64,000 nucleotides of DNA, taken from assembly GCA_046541875.1 (NCBI GenBank), contig JBKHCL010000001.1, positions 1,596 to 65,595 of the forward strand, written 5' to 3'. Positions 58,087 through 64,000 of this stretch are shown here, piece after piece. The notes under the pieces are model-generated. The model was given only the letters and a program-made list of their open reading frames with translations, ran no database searches and was not told the DNA's origin. The stretch comes from Phycisphaerae bacterium (lineage in GTDB: Bacteria > Planctomycetota > Phycisphaerae > SM23-33). A program made the position numbers and the translations under genes. Each line of letters opens with the position of its first letter. Within the stretch, counting starts at the first letter, position 1.

Positions 58087-59394
58087 ATGACCGATACCCC
58101 CAAGACGTACAATCTCGGAACCCTCGCGTTGCACGCCGGACAGGAAGACGACCCGGCCACCCACGCCCGGGCGGTGCCCATCTACTCCACGGTGGCGTAC
58201 AACTTCGAGAGTACCGACCACGCCGCCGACCTGTTCGCCCTGAAAGACTTCGGGAATATCTACTCCCGGCTGATGAACCCCACCTGCGACGTGCTGGAAA
58301 AACGCCTGGCGGCCATGGACGGTGGCGCCGCCGGACTGGCGTTCGCCAGCGGGATGGCTGCCATCTCGGCGGCTGTTCTTACGCTCGCAAAGTCCGGGCA
58401 GAATATCATCGCCGCGCCCAGCCTGTATGGCGGAACGGTGACGTTGTTCACCCAGACCTTCAAACGGTTGAACATCGAGGTCCGCTTTTTCGACCCCGAC
58501 CGACCCGAGACGATCGCCGAGTTGGCTGACGAGAATACGCGCTGCGTATATCTCGAATCGCAGGGCAACCCGAAAAACGACGTCGCCGACTTCCAGGCCG
58601 TCACGTCCGCCGCCCACGAGCAGGGCCTGCCCGTGATCGTGGACAACACCGTCATGACGCCCGCGCTGTTCCGCCCCATCGAGCATGGAGCGGACATCGT
58701 GGTGTATTCGACCACGAAATACCTTGGCGGCCATGGCGTTCACGTGGGCGGGGCGATCGTGGACAGCGGGAACTTCCCCTGGGCCGACGACCCGGAGAAA
58801 TGGTCGGACTTCACCACGCCGGACCCCGCCTATCACGGCGTGGTGTTCACCGAGGCGCTGGCGCCGATCGGGAACATCGCGTTCATCGTCTACGTCCGTA
58901 CACACTGGCTGAGAGACACCGGCGGGGCGATGAGTCCGTTCGCGGCGTTCCTGTTTCTCCAGGGCATCGAGACGCTTCACCTGCGGATGGAGCGCCACTG
59001 CAAGAACGCCCAGGCCATCGCCGAATGGCTCGACGGGCACCCGCTGGTGGAGAGCGTGAATTATCCCGGTCTGCCCGGCCATCCGTATCACGAGCGGTCG
59101 AAAACGTACATGCCCGACGGCGCCGGCGGGATCATCGGGTTTGAGATCGCCGGGGGCAAGGATGCGGGCGTGAAGTTCATCAACGCCGTTCAACTCGCCA
59201 GCCACGTTGCCAATATCGGCGACGCCAAGACGCTGGTGATACACCCTGCCTCCACGACGCACCAGCAGCTCTCCGAGGATGAACAGCTTGCCGCCGGCGT
59301 GACGGCCGGGTACGTTCGCCTCTGTGTGGGCATTGAAGACGTCGAGGACATCCGCGCGGACCTGGATCAGGCGCTGCAGGCCTCCCAGGGGTGA
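58087..59394 (+). CDS. metY: O-acetylhomoserine sulfhydrylase (aminocarboxypropyltransferase)
   Basis: AAGGAGAG SD before ATG 58087. PLP-enzyme motifs ...NPTCDVLEKRLAAMDGG... and STTKYLGGHG (Lys). Confidence 0.92.
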   Translation: MTDTPKTYNLGTLALHAGQEDDPATHARAVPIYSTVAYNFESTDHAADLFALKDFGNIYSRLMNPTCDVLEKRLAAMDGGAAGLAFASGMAAISAAVLTLAKSGQNIIAAPSLYGGTVTLFTQTFKRLNIEVRFFDPDRPETIAELADENTRCVYLESQGNPKNDVADFQAVTSAAHEQGLPVIVDNTVMTPALFRPIEHGADIVVYSTTKYLGGHGVHVGGAIVDSGNFPWADDPEKWSDFTTPDPAYHGVVFTEALAPIGNIAFIVYVRTHWLRDTGGAMSPFAAFLFLQGIETLHLRMERHCKNAQAIAEWLDGHPLVESVNYPGLPGHPYHERSKTYMPDGAGGIIGFEIAGGKDAGVKFINAVQLASHVANIGDAKTLVIHPASTTHQQLSEDEQLAAGVTAGYVRLCVGIEDVEDIRADLDQALQASQG

Positions 59395-59429
59395 GATACG
59401 GACGGACGAACGTTCCGCCAGGGAAGGAT

Positions 59430-61244
59430 ATGACCGAAGATACATTCGAAAGCAGTGATGTCGCACGCGGGGCCGAGGAACTCCGGTACGCACGGGCTGT
59501 GACGTTCGCCGGGCCGGTGGAACTGGAACTGGGCAGCGCGTTGCCGGAGGTGACCGTCGTCTACGAGACGTACGGCAAGCTCAACGAGGCCCGGGACAAT
59601 GCGGTGCTCATCTGCCATGCGCTGACGGGCGATTCGCACGTGGCCGCCCACGACGAGGACGACGACGAGGGGTGGTGGGACATGGTGGGCATGGTCGGTC
59701 CAGGCCGACCGATCGACACGGAGCGGTATTTCGTGATCTGCCCCAACGCGTTGGGCGGCTGCCGTGGAACCACCGGGCCCAACTCGATCAACCCGCAGAC
59801 CGCAAAGCCCTACGGGCCTGATTTTCCGACGATCACCACCGGCGACATCGTGGCCGTCCAGAAGATGCTCATCGACCATCTGGGGATCGATCAGCTCCTG
59901 GCGGTCATCGGCGGGTCCATGGGCGGCCATCAGGTGCTGGTGTGGGGAACGAAGCATTCGCACCAGGTGCGGGGGGCGATCGCCCTGGCCACCTCGCCTC
60001 GCCTCACCAGCCAGACACTGGCGTTCGACGTGATCGGTCGCAACGCCATCATGCACGACCCGGACTTCCACGACGGTCGCTACTACCAGCAGGGCGACGG
60101 GCCGTCGACCGGGCTGGCGCTGGCGCGGATGCTGGCGCATATCACGTACCTCTCCCCGGAGTCGATGAAGGAGAAATTCGAGGCGACCCGCCATCAACCC
60201 CGGGACATCCAGACCAGTTTCGAGAAGCGGTTCTCGGTCGGGTCGTACCTGGCCCACCAGGGCTCGAAATTCGTCGAGCGGTTCGACGCGAACAGCTACA
60301 TTCGCCTGTCGATGGCGATGGACCTGTTCGACCTGGGCAACACGCCCGAGAAGCTGCGCGAGTCGTTCGATCCGTCCCAGTGCGCCTGGCTGGTGGTGAG
60401 CTTCACCAGCGATTGGCTGTTTGCCCCGAGTCAGTCGCGGCAGATCGTGGCGGCTTTGCTGAATACCGACGCCCCGGTGAGCTACTGCAACATCGAGAGC
60501 AACTGCGGGCACGACGCGTTCCTGCTGCCCAACGATTTCGACAGCTACGGGCCGTTGGTGGAGGGGTTCCTGGCGAACCTCGCCGGTGAGCCGGTCGCCG
60601 TCTCTCAGCCGGACCCCATCGTCGACATGCACGCCTCGTCGCGCCTGCTCCACGCCGGGCGGCAGGATTACCGGCGCATCCTGGATCTGATCCCGCCGGA
60701 CGCCACGGTGCTGGACCTGGGGTGCGGCAATGGCGGATTGCTGGCCGACCTCAACGCCCGTGCGCCCGCCACCCGGCTGGGCGTGGAGGTGAAGGAATCC
60801 CGCGTGATCGAATGCGTCCGGAGGGGGCTGTACGTGGTGCATTCGGACATGAACGAGGGGCTGCCGCTGTTCGACGACGACCAGTTCGACGTGGTGGTGC
60901 TCTCGCTGGCGCTGCAGGCGGTCTGGGAGGTCGAGCGCGTGCTGGACGAGATGCTGCGCGTCGGGCGTCGTGGGATCGTGAGTTTCCCCAACTTCGGGTT
61001 CGCCCCGGTGGTGAAGATGCTCTCGGAGCAGGGGCGTGCGCCGGTCTCGGCGGGGATTCTCAGCTACGAGTGGTACAACACCCCGAACCTGCGGTTTTTC
61101 ACCATCCGGGACTTTGAGGAGCTCTGCGTCAAGAAGGGTTACACCATCCACGAGTGGGTCGCCCTGAACACCGAGGCAGGGCAGCGCGTCACCGACGACC
61201 CGAATCGTAACGCGGACATGGCCGTCTACGTCCTCAGCCGATAG
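59430..61244 (+). CDS. metX: Homoserine O-acetyltransferase fused to methionine-biosynthesis protein MetW (MetX-MetW single polypeptide)
   Basis: GGAAGGA SD before ATG 59430. MetX features NAVLICHALTGDSH and GGSMGG (nucleophile elbow). From about residue 410, the MetW features VLDLGCGNGGLL...FPNFGF...WYNTPNLRFFTIRDFE continue in the same uninterrupted frame. Confidence 0.88.
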   Translation: MTEDTFESSDVARGAEELRYARAVTFAGPVELELGSALPEVTVVYETYGKLNEARDNAVLICHALTGDSHVAAHDEDDDEGWWDMVGMVGPGRPIDTERYFVICPNALGGCRGTTGPNSINPQTAKPYGPDFPTITTGDIVAVQKMLIDHLGIDQLLAVIGGSMGGHQVLVWGTKHSHQVRGAIALATSPRLTSQTLAFDVIGRNAIMHDPDFHDGRYYQQGDGPSTGLALARMLAHITYLSPESMKEKFEATRHQPRDIQTSFEKRFSVGSYLAHQGSKFVERFDANSYIRLSMAMDLFDLGNTPEKLRESFDPSQCAWLVVSFTSDWLFAPSQSRQIVAALLNTDAPVSYCNIESNCGHDAFLLPNDFDSYGPLVEGFLANLAGEPVAVSQPDPIVDMHASSRLLHAGRQDYRRILDLIPPDATVLDLGCGNGGLLADLNARAPATRLGVEVKESRVIECVRRGLYVVHSDMNEGLPLFDDDQFDVVVLSLALQAVWEVERVLDEMLRVGRRGIVSFPNFGFAPVVKMLSEQGRAPVSAGILSYEWYNTPNLRFFTIRDFEELCVKKGYTIHEWVALNTEAGQRVTDDPNRNADMAVYVLSR

Positions 61245-61378
61245 GCAGCGAGGCGGGCTGAATCTCCCTTGTCGGATGGAGGCGGTGCGGGTATGCTTTC
61301 CTGCTTCGATATGGCCCGAAGCTTCACGCAGCGACTGGCGGATGTACTCCCGTGCCCGTCGCCGCCGGAGGACCCACC

Positions 61379-61834
61379 ATGAATATCGCAGATTTGAGCA
61401 AAATTGAAGGCAGGACCTACCCGGCCCGTCGGCGGACGCAGAACGTCGTGGGCGGTGCCAGCCCCATCGAGGCGACGGCGTTCTCCATGGGATACGTCAC
61501 GCTCGACCCCAACGGCGGGCAGGTTCCGTGGCATAACCAACAGCAGGAAGAGGTCTACTTCGTGCTCAGCGGGACCGGCGAAATGTGCCTGGGCGACGAG
61601 AAGCAGACCCTCACCGACGGGCAGGCGGTGTATATTCCGTCCGGCGTGTTCCATCAACTCACCAACATCGGCGATACGCCGCTTACGTTCATTTACGTCT
61701 ACGGCCCGGCCGGCGACGTGGATCACTGGAAGCAGGAACTCTCGGGCACGCTTCCCAAGGCCGGCGTGGACGTACCGCCGCTGCCGGAAGGCGCCTGGGA
61801 GCAGTGTACCGAGAAGCCCGAGGATGCCCAGTAG
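61379..61834 (+). CDS. Cupin-domain protein
   Basis: GGAGGA SD before ATG 61379. Cupin motifs G.VPWHNQQQEEVYFVLSG and YIPSGVFHQLTN. Confidence 0.75.
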   Translation: MNIADLSKIEGRTYPARRRTQNVVGGASPIEATAFSMGYVTLDPNGGQVPWHNQQQEEVYFVLSGTGEMCLGDEKQTLTDGQAVYIPSGVFHQLTNIGDTPLTFIYVYGPAGDVDHWKQELSGTLPKAGVDVPPLPEGAWEQCTEKPEDAQ

Positions 61835-61921
61835 CCCCCGGACCCGTGCAACCCGCCCCGGCCGACCGACGTGGTCTCGACGAGGGCTGAGCAGAAACCC
61901 GAACCAACGAGGAAGACGTAG

Positions 61922-63082
61922 ATGCAGGATGCGAAGATACACAATGTAGGCGTCATCATGAATGGCGTCACCGGACGGATGGGCACCAACCAGCACCTGC
62001 TGCGGTCCATCATGGCCATCCGCGAGCAGGGCGGGGTGAAGGTCTCGCCCACCGAGTTCATCATGCCCGAGCCGGTCCTGGTGGGGCGCAATCCGGTGAA
62101 GCTCAAGAAGCTCGAAGAAATCACGGGCATCACCGAGTGGACCACCGACCTGGACGAAGTGCTCAGCGACGAGAAGTACACGCTCTACTTCGACGCCCTG
62201 TCGACGACGCTGCGGGTGCCGAACGTCTCCAAGGCCATCGCGGCCGGCAAGAACATCTACTGCGAAAAGCCCACCGCGCTGACCACCGAGGACGCCTATC
62301 GGCTCTATACCGAGGCCCGCGATGCCGGCGTGAAGCACGGCGTGGTGCAGGACAAGCTCTGGCTGCCCGGGCTGATGAAGCTCAAGACGCTGATCGACAG
62401 CGGTTTCTTCGGGCGAATTCTCAGCGTCCGCGGCGAGTTCGGCTATTGGGTGTTCGAGGGCGAGATCGTCCCGGCCCAGCGACCCAGTTGGAACTATCGC
62501 AAGGAAGACGGCGGGGGGATCATTACCGATATGCTCTGTCACTGGCGGTACGTGCTGGACAATGTCTTTGGCGAAGTCAAGGCCGTCAGTTGCCTCGGCG
62601 CGACGCACATCCCGCAGCGCGTGGACGAGAGCGGCCGGACGTACGAGGCGACCGCCGACGACGCCGCTTACGCGACGTTCGAGTTGGCCGGCGACGTAAT
62701 TGCGCACTTCAACTCGTCGTGGTGTACCCGCGTTCGCCGCGACGATCTGCTTACGCTGCAGGTCGATGGCACGAAAGGGTCGGCTGTGGCGGGTCTGCGC
62801 GACTGCCGCATCCAGTCCTTCGGGGCGACGCCCAAACCAATCTGGAATCCGGACATCGATCAGCCCATCGATTTCTACGACGGCTGGCAGGAAATGCCCG
62901 ACCAGGTCGAATACGACAACGCCTTCAAGGCGCAGTGGGAGCTGTTTCTGCGGCACCTCGTACTGGACGAGCCTTTCAAGTGGGACCTCCGCGAGGGCGC
63001 CAAGGGCGTGCAACTCGCCGAGCTGGGCCTGGACAGCTGGAACAAACGCGCCTGGGTCGACGTTCCCGACCTGGCGAAATAG
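61922..63082 (+). CDS. Gfo/Idh/MocA-family NAD(P)-dependent oxidoreductase
   Basis: N-terminal Rossmann segment [13 protein letters not shown], the EKP motif (IYCEKPTAL), and a C-terminal alpha/beta domain. Confidence 0.85.
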   Translation: MQDAKIHNVGVIMNGVTGRMGTNQHLLRSIMAIREQGGVKVSPTEFIMPEPVLVGRNPVKLKKLEEITGITEWTTDLDEVLSDEKYTLYFDALSTTLRVPNVSKAIAAGKNIYCEKPTALTTEDAYRLYTEARDAGVKHGVVQDKLWLPGLMKLKTLIDSGFFGRILSVRGEFGYWVFEGEIVPAQRPSWNYRKEDGGGIITDMLCHWRYVLDNVFGEVKAVSCLGATHIPQRVDESGRTYEATADDAAYATFELAGDVIAHFNSSWCTRVRRDDLLTLQVDGTKGSAVAGLRDCRIQSFGATPKPIWNPDIDQPIDFYDGWQEMPDQVEYDNAFKAQWELFLRHLVLDEPFKWDLREGAKGVQLAELGLDSWNKRAWVDVPDLAK

Positions 63083-63097
63083 CACACCGCGGCAAAG

Positions 63098-63131
63098 GGC
63101 CCGGCCGATGGTTTCCTCCCTCGGCCGGGCC
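63098..63131 (+). terminator. GC-rich hairpin directly after the oxidoreductase stop (terminator-like, no U-tract)
   Basis: 11-bp stem ggcccggccga (63098-63108) / tcggccgggcc (63121-63131). A second 7-bp hairpin follows at 63146-63167. Confidence 0.35.
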
Positions 63132-63454
63132 GGTCGCCCATGAACAGCGCCCGAAACGATGGGCGCTTACCCTCAATCTGCATTCGACGATTATTGGGGA
63201 TTTGGTAGGTAAGGCGAGGTGCAATCCGGGCTTGTCGCAGGGAACCCAAACCGTCTGTGATACAGTCTTATTTGGGGCCCTTGGATGTCGCCACCGCACG
63301 CGCATACAATTCCTTCCGTCGCAGCCGATTCTCGTATTGCATTGCTCAGGGCGATCCGAACGGCGGAATCACCCCGGGCCTTGCAAGGGCTAACATACGC
63401 GAAAACAAAGTATTAATGGTGTCGATGCGCGCCGATGCAGAGCGGCCTGGGTGT

Positions 63455-63483
63455 GGGCGGAAATTGCCGCCCGGGCGGGTTTT
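63455..63483 (+). terminator. Terminator- or attenuator-like element inside the 5' region of the CBM48 gene
   Basis: gggcgg-aaattg-ccgccc-gggcgg-g-TTTT. The central ccgccc can pair with either flanking gggcgg. The T-run is at 63480-63483, 109 nt before the ATG at 63593. Confidence 0.3.
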
Positions 63484-63592
63484 CCATCAATGGGACATCC
63501 CCTCATTCCGATAGTGAGCTTGCCTCCCACTCATCGCGGAGGCCTTCGGGGTGGACCACGATACGCTGCAGGCACCAGGAAAGAGGAGACCA

Positions 63593-63940
63593 ATGGTCAC
63601 GATTCAGGAACAGTGCACGGTATTTCGCTTCTATCGGCCGGGGGTGCGGGAAGTGCTCATCGCGGGGGATTTCAACGATTGGAACGCCGCCCGGACGCCG
63701 ATGACGTCCGTGGGCAACGGATACTGGTCGGCCGAGTTGGACCTTCCTGCCGGCGAATACCGCTTCCGCTACTGCGCGGACGGCGAGTGGTTTACCGACT
63801 ACGCCGCATTCGGCGTGGAACCCGGCGAGTACGGACTGGACAGCCTCGTCCGCGTGCCGCAGCGCTCCGTGAGCCTGGTCGCCAAGGCGCCGGCCAAAAA
63901 CGTGGCTGCTTCGCCGGTCAATTCATTCGCAGCTGCCTGA
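63593..63940 (+). CDS. Small CBM48 / AMPK-beta-like glycogen-binding-domain protein
   Basis: AAGAGGAG SD before ATG 63593. VFRFYRPGVREVLIAGDFNDWN...GYWSAELDLPAGEYRFRY..DGEW is typical of the CBM48/E-set domain. Confidence 0.75.
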   Translation: MVTIQEQCTVFRFYRPGVREVLIAGDFNDWNAARTPMTSVGNGYWSAELDLPAGEYRFRYCADGEWFTDYAAFGVEPGEYGLDSLVRVPQRSVSLVAKAPAKNVAASPVNSFAAA

Positions 63941-63963
63941 GAGGCAGAGACCATAGTCGTAGA

Positions 63964-63994
63964 GAGACCGGTCGTCCTGGCGATGGCCGGTCTC
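63964..63994 (+). terminator. Terminator-like hairpin after the CBM48 gene
   Basis: 8-bp stem gagaccgg (63964-63971) / ccggtctc (63987-63994), followed by guugug (weak U-tract). The window ends at 64000. Confidence 0.35.
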
Positions 63995-64000
63995 GTTGTG

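Noticed and set aside
59367-63085. Minus-strand ORFs 59367-61151 and 61226-63085
   Set aside because: They are antisense to metX/metW and to the cupin and oxidoreductase genes, with shadow composition.

Overview
This is a 64-kb, high-GC bacterial chromosomal segment (GC is roughly mid-60s % by eye, not computed). It is densely coding: about 46 protein genes, one tRNA and one riboswitch. All homology statements come from reading the translated ORFs and recalling family motifs; no database search was run.

Housekeeping anchors:
- carB, groES-groEL and purF
- tRNA-Arg(CCU)
- a SAM-I riboswitch followed by metY and a metX/metW fusion
- an Fe3+-type ABC importer

The remaining content includes three very large secreted polysaccharide-lyase-like proteins (PL8-like and heparinase II/III-like), an ECF sigma/anti-sigma module, and HEAT, TPR and DJ-1 repeat proteins. 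Together with the GroEL sequence, this suggests a PVC-group or Planctomycetota-like polysaccharide degrader. That assignment is inference only.

No transposase, integrase, CRISPR array, rRNA or recognisable defence genes were seen. Many ORFs over 400 aa in the track are antisense shadows of real genes, as expected at this GC content.

Most interesting observations:
1. A translationally coupled three-gene eboF/eboD/eboE-like cassette (27.5-31.3 kb) that lacks the prenyltransferase, TatD and EboA partners of the canonical ebo operon.
2. A single-gene fusion of an archaeal-type adenylate-kinase-like domain (degenerate P-loop) with a nucleoside 2-deoxyribosyltransferase-like domain, divergent from purF.
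3. An orphan unit with a consensus promoter and an intrinsic terminator in an AT-rich spacer. It predicts a structured sRNA of about 185 nt on the minus strand.
4. A 100-bp, 98% identical direct repeat that brackets exactly one beta-propeller gene at the 3' end of a nuclease gene.
5. An N-terminally truncated CusA/CzcA-type RND gene that abuts a giant lyase-like gene.
6. A tightly coupled four-gene operon: a large membrane protein, an ABC ATPase, an internally duplicated ABC-2 permease and a HEAT-repeat protein.
7. A co-directional gene string of a GGQ release-factor-like protein, a tandem-NDK protein and an MBL hydrolase.
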